Shown here piece after piece: positions 38,755 to 47,456 of a stretch of DNA of 64,000 nucleotides. The notes below the pieces were generated by a model that worked only from the letters and a program-made list of their open reading frames with translations, did not search any database and was not told the origin of the DNA. The first letter of the stretch is position 1. Each line of letters opens with the position of its first letter. This stretch comes from Giardia intestinalis. Its lineage: Eukaryota. The stretch lies in assembly GCA_000002435.2 (NCBI GenBank), contig CM018790.1. One strand, given 5' to 3'. The position numbers were made by a program, and so were the translations under genes.

Positions 38755-41700
38755 ATGTTGGTAGGATTTCTCCTAGTTTGTGCAACAGTGCTGGCAAAGG
38801 ACAGTGGGAAGACCGCGCAGTGTGACGGAGACAATGGCTACACGCTCCAGGGCGACGCGTGCACCAAGGCGGCTCCTGACAACGCGTGCCAGACCCTGGG
38901 AACCGCCGGGTGTGCCACGTGCGACTCGGGTAGCGGCGGGGAAACCTGTCTTACATGCAAGAAGGACGCGCAATACGTCGCGGCCAACAAGAAGAGCTGC
39001 AAGGATGCCTGCGACACGAGCGGAGGAGAGGTAATAGACCAGGCTGCCAGCCCGGCGAAGGTCTGCAAGTGTGACGGAGACAATGGCTACACGCTCCAGG
39101 GCGACGCGTGCACCAAGGCGGCTCCTGACAACGCGTGCCAGACCCTGGGAACCGCCGGGTGTGCCACGTGCGACTCGGGTAGCGGCGGGGAAACCTGTCT
39201 TACATGCAAGAAGGACGCGCAATACGTCGCGGCCAACAAGAAGAGCTGCAAGGATGCCTGCGACACGAGCGGAGGAGAGGTAATAGACCAGGCTGCCAGC
39301 CCGGCGAAGGTCTGCAAGTGTGACGGAGACAATGGCTACACGCTCCAGGGCGACGCGTGCACCAAGGCGGCTCCTGACAACGCGTGCCAGACCCTGGGAA
39401 CCGCCGGGTGTGCCACGTGCGACTCGGGTAGCGGCGGGGAAACCTGTCTTACATGCAAGAAGGACGCGCAATACGTCGCGGCCAACAAGAAGAGCTGCAA
39501 GGATGCCTGCGACACGAGCGGAGGAGAGGTAATAGACCAGGCTGCCAGCCCGGCGAAGGTCTGCAAGTGTGACGGAGACAATGGCTACACGCTCCAGGGC
39601 GACGCGTGCACCAAGGCGGCTCCTGACAACGCGTGCCAGACCCTGGGAACCGCCGGGTGTGCCACGTGCGACTCGGGTAGCGGCGGGGAAACCTGTCTTA
39701 CATGCAAGAAGGACGCGCAATACGTCGCGGCCAACAAGAAGAGCTGCAAGGATGCCTGCGACACGAGCGGAGGAGAGGTAATAGACCAGGCTGCCAGCCC
39801 GGCGAAGGTCTGCAAGTGTGACGGAGACAATGGCTACACGCTCCAGGGCGACGCGTGCACCAAGGCGGCTCCTGACAACGCGTGCCAGACCCTGGGAACC
39901 GCCGGGTGTGCCACGTGCGACTCGGGTAGCGGCGGGGAAACCTGTCTTACATGCAAGAAGGACGCGCAATACGTCGCGGCCAACAAGAAGAGCTGCAAGG
40001 ATGCCTGCGACACGAGCGGAGGAGAGGTAATAGACCAGGCTGCCAGCCCGGCGAAGGTCTGCAAGTGTGACGGAGACAATGGCTACACGCTCCAGGGCGA
40101 CGCGTGCACCAAGGCGGCTCCTGACAACGCGTGCCAGACCCTGGGAACCGCCGGGTGTGCCACGTGCGACTCGGGTAGCGGCGGGGAAACCTGTCTTACA
40201 TGCAAGAAGGACGCGCAATACGTCGCGGCCAACAAGAAGAGCTGCAAGGATGCCTGCGACACGAGCGGAGGAGAGGTAATAGACCAGGCTGCCAGCCCGG
40301 CGAAGGTCTGCAAGTGTGACGGAGACAATGGCTACACGCTCCAGGGCGACGCGTGCACCAAGGCGGCTCCTGACAACGCGTGCCAGACCCTGGGAACCGC
40401 CGGGTGTGCCACGTGCGACTCGGGTAGCGGCGGGGAAACCTGTCTTACATGCAAGAAGGACGCGCAATACGTCGCGGCCAACAAGAAGAGCTGCAAGGAT
40501 GCCTGCGACACGAGCGGAGGAGAGGTAATAGACCAGGCTGCCAGCCCGGCGAAGGTCTGCAAGTGTGACGGAGACAATGGCTACACGCTCCAGGGCGACG
40601 CGTGCACCAAGGCGGCTCCTGACAACGCGTGCCAGACCCTGGGAACCGCCGGGTGTGCCACGTGCGACTCGGGTAGCGGCGGGGAAACCTGTCTTACATG
40701 CAAGAAGGACGCGCAATACGTCGCGGCCAACAAGAAGAGCTGCAAGGATGCCTGCGACACGAGCGGAGGAGAGGTAATAGACCAGGCTGCCAGCCCGGCG
40801 AAGGTCTGCAAGTGTGACGGAGACAATGGCTACACGCTCCAGGGCGACGCGTGCACCAAGGCGGCTCCTGACAACGCGTGCCAGACCCTGGGAACCGCCG
40901 GGTGTGCCACGTGCGACTCGGGTAGCGGCGGGGAAACCTGTCTTACATGCAAGAAGGACGCGCAATACGTCGCGGCCAACAAGAAGAGCTGCAAGGATGC
41001 CTGCGACACGAGCGGAGGAGAGGTAATAGACCAGGCTGCCAGCCCGGCGAAGGTCTGCAAGTGTGACGGAGACAATGGCTACACGCTCCAGGGCGACGCG
41101 TGCACCAAGGCGGCTCCTGACAACGCGTGCCAGACCCTGGGAACCGCCGGGTGTGCCACGTGCGACTCGGGTAGCGGCGGGGAAACCTGTCTTACATGCA
41201 AGAAGGACGCGCAATACGTCGCGGCCAACAAGAAGAGCTGCAAGGATGCCTGCGACACGAGCGGAGGAGAGGTAATAGACCAGGCTGCCAGCCCGGCGAA
41301 GGTCTGCAAGTGTGACGGAGACAATGGCTACACGCTCCAGGGCGACGCGTGCACCAAGGCGGCTCCTGACAACGCGTGCCAGACCCTGGGAACCGCCGGG
41401 TGTGCCACGTGCGACTCGGGTAGCGGCGGGGAAACCTGTCTTACATGCAAGAAGGACGCGCAATACGTCGCGGCCAACAAGAAGAGCTGCAAGGATGCCT
41501 GCGACACGAGCGGAGGAGAGGTAATAGACCAGGCTGCCAGCCCGGCGAAGGTCTGCAAGTGTGACGGAGACAATGGCTACACGCTCCAGGGCGACGCGTG
41601 CACCAAGGCGGCTCCTGACAACGCGTGCCAGACCCTGGGAACCGCCGGGTGTGCCACGTGCGACTCGGGTAGCGGCGGGGAAACCTGTCTTACATGCAAG

Positions 41701-42798
41701 AAGGACGCGCAATACGTCGCGGCCAACAAGAAGAGCTGCAAGGATGCCTGCGACACGAGCGGAGGAGAGGTAATAGACCAGGCTGCCAGCCCGGCGAAGG
41801 TCTGCAAGTGTGACGGAGACAATGGCTACACGCTCCAGGGCGACGCGTGCACCAAGGCGGCTCCTGACAACGCGTGCCAGACAGAGAACTGCCAGGAATG
41901 CACTAGCAAAGGCACGGCCAACGAGGTCTGTACAAAGTGTACTTCTACTCATTACTTGACACCAACAAACCAGTGCGTACCTGACTGCGCAGCCATCAGC
42001 GGATACTACGGAGATACTGACAAGAAGTGTAAGCCATGCAGCCTTGAGTGTGCTGAGTGCGTTGGGCCGGCCAACAATCAGTGCAGTGCCTGTCCTGCTG
42101 GCAAGAAACTGACATATACAGATGACAGCCATCCTAATAACGGAGGCGCCTGCGGGGATGCGTGCAAAGTGTCTGCAGATGGCACTGGCTGTGAGACATG
42201 TGGGGCCCAAATAGGAGGAACTGCATACTGCTCAAAGTGCAAGACCTCTACTCAGGCCCCCTTGAACGGCAACTGTGCGGCCAATTCACGAGCAGCCTTC
42301 TGTGCAACAATCACAAATGGGGCCTGTACACAATGCAATGAGGGTTACTTCCTCAAGGACGGCGGCTGCTATCAGACAGATAGACAGCCTGGTAAGCAGG
42401 TGTGTAGTAGTGCACAGGGAGGAACATGTCAGACGTGTGCCAACGGACTGCAGGCACAAGGTGGGGCCTGTGGGGAGTGCCATTCTACTTGTGCTACGTG
42501 CTCGACTGCAGGTGCGGCTGATAAGTGTAAGACCTGTGCCACTGGGTATTACAAGACAAGCGATAGTGATGGCCCGTGCATGAAGTGCTCAGAGAAGATC
42601 TCCGGATGCAAGCAATGTGTGTCGTCATCTGGCAGCTCAGTCATATGTTTAGAATCAGAAGTAGGCACTGGTGGAAGCGTCAACAAGAGTGGCCTCTCCA
42701 CGGGGGCCATAGCCGGTATCGCTGTTGCTGTGATTGTTGTTGTAGGTGGTCTTGTTGGTTTCTTGTGTTGGTGGTTCCTGTGCAGAGGAAAGGCGTAG
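38755..42798 (+). CDS. Variant-specific surface protein (VSP) with 12.3 identical 83-aa tandem repeats.
   Basis: The C-terminus is a TM helix plus the canonical tail ...GLVGFLCWWFLCRGKA*. The protein is CXXC-rich throughout. The signal peptide MLVGFLLVCATVLA begins at the ATG at 38755. The track ORF extends a further 98 codons upstream, to 38461, with no signal-like sequence. An AGTAAAC poly(A) signal lies 13 nt past the stop. Confidence 0.9.
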   Translation: MLVGFLLVCATVLAKDSGKTAQCDGDNGYTLQGDACTKAAPDNACQTLGTAGCATCDSGSGGETCLTCKKDAQYVAANKKSCKDACDTSGGEVIDQAASPAKVCKCDGDNGYTLQGDACTKAAPDNACQTLGTAGCATCDSGSGGETCLTCKKDAQYVAANKKSCKDACDTSGGEVIDQAASPAKVCKCDGDNGYTLQGDACTKAAPDNACQTLGTAGCATCDSGSGGETCLTCKKDAQYVAANKKSCKDACDTSGGEVIDQAASPAKVCKCDGDNGYTLQGDACTKAAPDNACQTLGTAGCATCDSGSGGETCLTCKKDAQYVAANKKSCKDACDTSGGEVIDQAASPAKVCKCDGDNGYTLQGDACTKAAPDNACQTLGTAGCATCDSGSGGETCLTCKKDAQYVAANKKSCKDACDTSGGEVIDQAASPAKVCKCDGDNGYTLQGDACTKAAPDNACQTLGTAGCATCDSGSGGETCLTCKKDAQYVAANKKSCKDACDTSGGEVIDQAASPAKVCKCDGDNGYTLQGDACTKAAPDNACQTLGTAGCATCDSGSGGETCLTCKKDAQYVAANKKSCKDACDTSGGEVIDQAASPAKVCKCDGDNGYTLQGDACTKAAPDNACQTLGTAGCATCDSGSGGETCLTCKKDAQYVAANKKSCKDACDTSGGEVIDQAASPAKVCKCDGDNGYTLQGDACTKAAPDNACQTLGTAGCATCDSGSGGETCLTCKKDAQYVAANKKSCKDACDTSGGEVIDQAASPAKVCKCDGDNGYTLQGDACTKAAPDNACQTLGTAGCATCDSGSGGETCLTCKKDAQYVAANKKSCKDACDTSGGEVIDQAASPAKVCKCDGDNGYTLQGDACTKAAPDNACQTLGTAGCATCDSGSGGETCLTCKKDAQYVAANKKSCKDACDTSGGEVIDQAASPAKVCKCDGDNGYTLQGDACTKAAPDNACQTLGTAGCATCDSGSGGETCLTCKKDAQYVAANKKSCKDACDTSGGEVIDQAASPAKVCKCDGDNGYTLQGDACTKAAPDNACQTENCQECTSKGTANEVCTKCTSTHYLTPTNQCVPDCAAISGYYGDTDKKCKPCSLECAECVGPANNQCSACPAGKKLTYTDDSHPNNGGACGDACKVSADGTGCETCGAQIGGTAYCSKCKTSTQAPLNGNCAANSRAAFCATITNGACTQCNEGYFLKDGGCYQTDRQPGKQVCSSAQGGTCQTCANGLQAQGGACGECHSTCATCSTAGAADKCKTCATGYYKTSDSDGPCMKCSEKISGCKQCVSSSGSSVICLESEVGTGGSVNKSGLSTGAIAGIAVAVIVVVGGLVGFLCWWFLCRGKA
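38821..41882 (+). repeat. 249-bp tandem repeat array inside the VSP coding sequence: 12 complete copies plus a 74-bp partial copy, all apparently identical.
   Basis: tgtgacggagacaatggc recurs at 38821, 39070, 39319 and so on to 41809, exactly 249 nt apart. Every off-frame and antisense ORF in the track repeats with identical translation at a 249-nt period. The repeat unit encodes CKCDGDNGYTLQGDACTKAAPDNACQTLGTAGCATCDSGSGGETCLTCKKDAQYVAANKKSCKDACDTSGGEVIDQAASPAKV. Confidence 0.9.
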
Positions 42799-42810
42799 AT
42801 GTACTTAGAT

Positions 42811-42817
42811 AGTAAAC
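42811..42817 (+). promoter_or_regulatory. Giardia polyadenylation signal AGTAAAC downstream of the VSP stop codon.
   Basis: The sequence is aggcgTAGatgtacttagatAGTAAACacg. AGTRAAY is the established Giardia poly(A) signal. VSP genes characteristically carry it within about 20 nt of the stop. Confidence 0.5.
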
Positions 42818-43167
42818 ACGTCACTAGTGGTGCAGCTGCCGACAAGCGGGTGCGCCTTATGTACGTTGCTAGCCTGCAACCGGGAGAAGGGGTGGCCGCT
42901 TCCCTGCCCCCGAGCGTGCTCTGCACAGCGCCGTTGACACCGTCATGGCCGAGAACGGTGCACTCGATATCCTGCGCCTGCCGATGAGCTGCATCGATGC
43001 GAGGAGAGCAGCCCAGCTCCACAGCTCGTCTGCTTCTGATGGGATCTATTAGCACGCGTAGGCAGCCCGAACAGTCTTATTTTTGCTTCGGCGAACTGGG
43101 CAAGATCGGAGTTTAATGGCAGTTGAGGCAAGTGAAGGCAGGCCCCTTGCTCCCAGGCAGTGTTCAG

Positions 43168-44421
43168 AGTCCGAAGCTCGGATGCCGCCCACTCTGGAGA
43201 AGAGCCTTGTGCATCCCGCCTGGGAGCCGTTGGGTGCTCCACTATGCGCTCCGGGGCGTCTCTTCTCTCTGGCCCGTCGGGGTCAACCATCGTCTGACAT
43301 CTATTGAGCATCCGTTGTCTCGGGCCTTGTGTCGGTCACAGCGATCTAGTCTCGAGAGCAATTGACTCTGGCCATGTACTCCGGAGTAGCTTTGTGGTGC
43401 TGATGCTTCATGACGAAGATAGGATACGCCACGACCCCGGGTGCCTACCTCGTTCCTCGGGGTGCCTCTTCATCTTCTCGTGGAGGGCACCATCTGTTCC
43501 ATTATCAAGGATGCGCTCCCCGTGCGCCTCTATCTTGGAGTCATAGTACGCGTTCGCGGATGCCGGCAGAGTACTCCCATGCGTTGTGTCGGGGGAGAGG
43601 TCCGGCCCTGGTTTGCCCTCCTACTCATGGATCGCAGTGCACTCTTGCAGGTGGTCCGTCACCCAGCACGAGATCATGTCGGCGCTCACCCTGTGCAGTG
43701 CGTCTGGCTCGGTGACGTGTGGGCTGGTCCATCTGCACAGCACACTTGGGTGATGCTTCGGTCCACCGAGGCGTCGGTCCAGGGCCACCTCTCTGAGAGG
43801 CGTCGTCTGAGGCACCAGGAGCGGTCAGGACCGGTTCATCGAGGTCGTCTCTCTACAACCGGCGCCTGTCCACTCGAGGGTGTCAGGCACTGCCAGCTGC
43901 TGCGGCAGACGCCCGGCAGGTGGCCCAGGTCACCGCTCTCCGGTGTGGGCAGGATCAGTCCGCCTCTGTCAGCCAAGCACCCCAGGGGCCCCATCTCTTG
44001 TCGAGGGATTCACATGGGTTGCGTGTGGGTCCGTCTCAACCAGCACGGCGAGTGATTAGTGCCATCACTAGCTTCGGCCCTCCGTTGCCCTGGGAGCTCC
44101 TTCGACCGGCCAGGAAGGAGGCCTCCTGCCCCTCTGTGTTCCTATACTTGTCAGTGTTGACCGTCGAGCCAATCGCTTCGCCAGGCCTGCCGCCTCTGTG
44201 ACTACCCCCGTCGCGTCACTGTTGCTACTATGGAAGATGGATGTGTCGTCGGCATGGGCACTGAGCGGGGCATCTCCTCAGCTCCTGGTGAGCAGGTTCT
44301 GTCCCGCGCAGTGTGGAGGCATGCTCAGGGCCCCGAGGGACCGAGTCCAGGGGTGCAGCGTGCGGCGCCCGGGATGAGACGCCTGGGGCTGCGGCCCCCT
44401 GCAGACAGGCGTCCCCGCGCG
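43168..44421. repeat. Right arm of the ~1.25-kb GC-rich inverted repeat. It is the reverse complement of 34736-35988.
   Basis: See the left arm. Identical six-frame translations are found in opposite orientation. The boundaries are set where the paired ORFs 42943-43311(-)/35845-36093(+) and 44230-44439(+)/34627-34926(-) stop being identical. Confidence 0.85.
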
Positions 44422-44593
44422 GGTGCTCACGAACGTTGAAAGAGAATATTTACAGTTGAACCCTCAGCTTACATCAGCGTTCTTCAGGGTAGTCATCTTT
44501 TAATAGAGCATATTATAGAGATATCTACGCATATGACTAGCATGTGACTATAGATAGGACCAATTCAATCCTTTAAAAAGATCATCCTTCAAA

Positions 44594-45055
44594 ATGACTA
44601 TCTTCGATCTTCTGTTCAATTCTGAGACTAGTAACGTTAAATCAGTCCATAGGGCTCCTCATACACTTATCTTTCTTGCATTTGTCTGTACAAAATGCGG
44701 CGAAAAGACGAAAGAGATAGGAATATGCCCCGAGGATAGGGTAGAAATACCTAATTCTAAGGGTGACACCAACATGCACTACAAGTGCAAAGGATGTAGT
44801 TCCAGATGTAATGTAGATATCATTTCCGAAGCCACCTTTGCCCCAGAAGACGCAGGTCCAACTGGAGCACGCGTTGCCACGGTCGAGTGTCGAGGATCGC
44901 TGCAGCCACTAAAATGGTACTATGATCAGTTGATCGTCACGTCTGCCAGTGGCACAGAGCTAAAGGCTTCTGGCAGTGACCCAGACTGGTGTGATTATGA
45001 TGAACTACTAGAGGAGCAGGTGGAGCTGACCGAGATGAGGTTTACTGTGCAGTAA
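44594..45055 (+). CDS. CXXC-motif zinc-binding protein (CZIB/C1orf123, DUF866 family).
   Basis: Blocks align to human CZIB:
- CTKCGEK ~ KCGNCGE
- YKCKGCSSRCNVDI ~ QKCKLCARENSIEI
- ATVECRGSLQPLKW ~ VEFECRGLEPVDF
- DWCDYDELLEEQVELTEM ~ DWTDYDEKAQESVGIYEV
The size also fits, 153 aa against about 160 aa. Confidence 0.7.
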   Translation: MTIFDLLFNSETSNVKSVHRAPHTLIFLAFVCTKCGEKTKEIGICPEDRVEIPNSKGDTNMHYKCKGCSSRCNVDIISEATFAPEDAGPTGARVATVECRGSLQPLKWYYDQLIVTSASGTELKASGSDPDWCDYDELLEEQVELTEMRFTVQ

Positions 45056-45079
45056 ATGAGAGCAGGAACTCGTGATATT

Positions 45080-47431
45080 TCATTTACGCTTGGGCGGCAC
45101 GGGGCGTTGGGCCGGCCCGGGACCAATTGCAGGACGCTGAACTAATTGGGAATTGCGCTCCGTTGTTTGGTGCTGAGGCGCTTCAATGGTGATCTTCTTC
45201 TCAGCAATAAGTGTCTGTTCTGTTGCCAAGAGAATACCAAGGATTCTTATTTGGTTCTTTAATTGGAGATCCAATTCATTACGCAACCTAACCAGCTGTT
45301 CTTGCTTTGGCTTGATTACTTCTTCTTGAAACTCGATCTCCTTGGCTTGCATTGCTGCTTCTAGCTCTGTGATTTTGTTGAACGTAACACTGGCTTTATC
45401 CCGTGCTTGCTTCCTCTTCAATTCAATAGTAGCGATTTCTGCCTCACCCTTTGATGTTATTTGTGATATTTGCTGAGTTACTGAGTTCAGTTTGCCTTCC
45501 TTAATATTGTTATCCTTCCGTGCCTCGTCTAATACACTCTGAAGCTCGTCAATGTTAGTTGTCCAGTTTGAGTGTTCGCTGTGGCACTTGTCTATCTCGT
45601 CTATAAGGGCAACGCACTTTTCTGCTAAAAGGTCATGCTTCTGCTGAATTCCATCCTTAATTTTCATAACCTTAGCAAGCTGTTTGGTCTGCTCCTGAAG
45701 TGCATCTTCGAGCTCAGTTGTTGTGTTCTCAACGTGTAAAGCCTGATTGTTGTGAACTAGTGTGTTTATTCTTTCATATAAGCTATAAGAAATCCTATTG
45801 AGCTCTAAATTTAAGACCGTTAATTTGTGGTATGCAGACAAAGAAGCATAGATAATGCGTGCCGATACATCTGTTCCACTGTTTCCCTTTAAGTTAAGAA
45901 TCTTGAGAGCAGCACAAGCTGGTATCGCCTTTGCGATACTAGATATTCCTTGATCTAAAATCCCGCAGTGAGAGACTTCAAGAGCCTCTAATGATTCAGA
46001 ATTGCCAATGTTGTTGCCTATGAAAATGGCCCCTTGATTAGCGATGTTGTTCCCAGTTAATGATAGAGTCTTGAGAGCTGGAAGCCTCATCACGTTAACG
46101 ATTAGGGCCTCAAAAGCTGTTGTGAATTCAGTTTGATTTAGATCAATAGCACAATATGATAAATTAATAGACTCAAGGGTTTCATTCTTTTGAAGGGCCA
46201 AAGCCAATTGCCCGATTGCCTCGGGTGACAAAGGAATGTCCGAGACGTCGAGAGCACGTAAGGAGCACGTGTCTCCAAAATACAGCACTGTATCTTTTTC
46301 TCCATCGCTTGGTTCATCTGTGGTCTGAGCAGGTGCAGAGTCATGGGTCCCAGTTGCAAGAGGAAGGTGATCACCTTGCTTTACAGTAGCAGACGTGTCA
46401 GCAGATGGATCCAGTTCGTTGTGCGGTATCTCTGGTGTTGGATCAGTGATATTAACTCTCTCCCTAATCACCTTGCCTGTCTCAATGAAGTTCTTCATAC
46501 CAGGGCAAAGACCCTTGAATGTCTCGTGCCGCCAGCGAGTGCGCTCCTGCATGCGTTTATTATATGCCTCTGCAGCTGCTGCCAAATCGGCAGACTTGTG
46601 GCGTAGTGCAGAAAAGGGTAGTACCAAGGAGCGTGCTAGGGTGGTGTTCTTGCTAAGTATTAGAGTATGTAGATGTTTGAGACGCTTAATGCCTATTTCA
46701 ATAGCTTGACAACAGTCGCCAGTCAGTGTAGAGGAATTCCCGGAAAGATCGACATAGACCAGCTCTGAAAGCATGTTAGCACCGGTGGATGCTTCTCGAG
46801 TGAATATGTGTTCAACCGCCTTATTAGATATGTCTGTGTTCTGCAGATGCAGGTGGGTTAGGGAGGATGGGTGGGATATTGCCTTGAAGAGGGTCGCACC
46901 TGAATTACCACGGAGCTGTGTATTCGTGAAGACTAAGGACTTTATAGTGGAATTTGCAGAGACAAACGCCGCTAGTGCATGGGCTCCTATTTCTCCAGGC
47001 CTGTTTCGCCGTTCTGCCGAACTTGTGCTAGATAGATCAATGTTCTCTATAAGGCATCGATGCTTGCGCAACATGGTAAAAAAGTAATCAAATCCAGTGG
47101 GAGAAAGTCCAACTGACCGTAGCTTTACAGTTTTTAGGTCAGTGAACGAAGATCCCGCTTCAAGGAGCAGAGCTGCTCCCTCGTCTAAAATTGGATTCAT
47201 ACTAAGATCCAGTGTGTGGATTACGCCGTAGAAGTGGGTGAGAAGCTCGCAAACAATGGGAATCGATGAGGCTTTAAGACCCTGGTCTGCCAAGGCAAGA
47301 ATGCCATCTTGTATTTGTGGGGCAACAGCAACGATAAATCTTTCATAGAGGTTATCTGTAGGTATGATACCGAGGTCACGACACTTCTGAGAATAGAGTT
47401 TGCCCCAAAGGGGAGTCTTTGTGTCTAGCAT
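45080..47431 (-). CDS. Leucine-rich repeat (RNI-like) protein with a long C-terminal coiled coil.
   Basis: The N-terminal two thirds carry repeated LxxLxLxxNxI(G/S) units, for example LKTLSLTGNNIANQGA, LEALEVSHCGILDQG and LKILNLKGNSGTDVSA. The last ~250 aa are heptad-rich (QEQTKQLAKVMKIKDGIQQKHDLLAEK...). The ORF has an ATG start. Confidence 0.5.
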   Translation of the reverse strand: MLDTKTPLWGKLYSQKCRDLGIIPTDNLYERFIVAVAPQIQDGILALADQGLKASSIPIVCELLTHFYGVIHTLDLSMNPILDEGAALLLEAGSSFTDLKTVKLRSVGLSPTGFDYFFTMLRKHRCLIENIDLSSTSSAERRNRPGEIGAHALAAFVSANSTIKSLVFTNTQLRGNSGATLFKAISHPSSLTHLHLQNTDISNKAVEHIFTREASTGANMLSELVYVDLSGNSSTLTGDCCQAIEIGIKRLKHLHTLILSKNTTLARSLVLPFSALRHKSADLAAAAEAYNKRMQERTRWRHETFKGLCPGMKNFIETGKVIRERVNITDPTPEIPHNELDPSADTSATVKQGDHLPLATGTHDSAPAQTTDEPSDGEKDTVLYFGDTCSLRALDVSDIPLSPEAIGQLALALQKNETLESINLSYCAIDLNQTEFTTAFEALIVNVMRLPALKTLSLTGNNIANQGAIFIGNNIGNSESLEALEVSHCGILDQGISSIAKAIPACAALKILNLKGNSGTDVSARIIYASLSAYHKLTVLNLELNRISYSLYERINTLVHNNQALHVENTTTELEDALQEQTKQLAKVMKIKDGIQQKHDLLAEKCVALIDEIDKCHSEHSNWTTNIDELQSVLDEARKDNNIKEGKLNSVTQQISQITSKGEAEIATIELKRKQARDKASVTFNKITELEAAMQAKEIEFQEEVIKPKQEQLVRLRNELDLQLKNQIRILGILLATEQTLIAEKKITIEAPQHQTTERNSQLVQRPAIGPGPAQRPVPPKRK

Positions 47432-47456
47432 AGATTTTGATTTAAGAACAGTGGGT

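Noticed and set aside
38821-41882. CRISPR-like regular array (identical 249-bp units).
   Set aside because: This is a eukaryotic (Giardia) locus. The units are directly abutting with no spacers, lie in-frame inside a protein-coding gene, and at 249 bp are far longer than CRISPR repeats.
38773-42210. A 1145-aa antisense ORF plus families of identical 70-, 81- and 84-aa ORFs spaced 249 nt apart, all inside the VSP gene.
   Set aside because: They are by-products of the perfect 249-bp tandem repeat in a GC-rich coding sequence. The translations are low-complexity (A/R/L/G/V-rich) and have no start context. The sense-strand frame encodes a canonical VSP with a signal peptide and CRGKA tail.
34736-44421. 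Composite transposon with 1.25-kb terminal inverted repeats.
   Set aside because: No transposase, integrase or reverse-transcriptase ORF lies inside or nearby, and there are no obvious target-site duplications at the outer boundaries. The cargo consists of ordinary host gene families (VSP, NEK). A segmental inverted duplication fits better. I flag it as a finding rather than calling it a mobile element.
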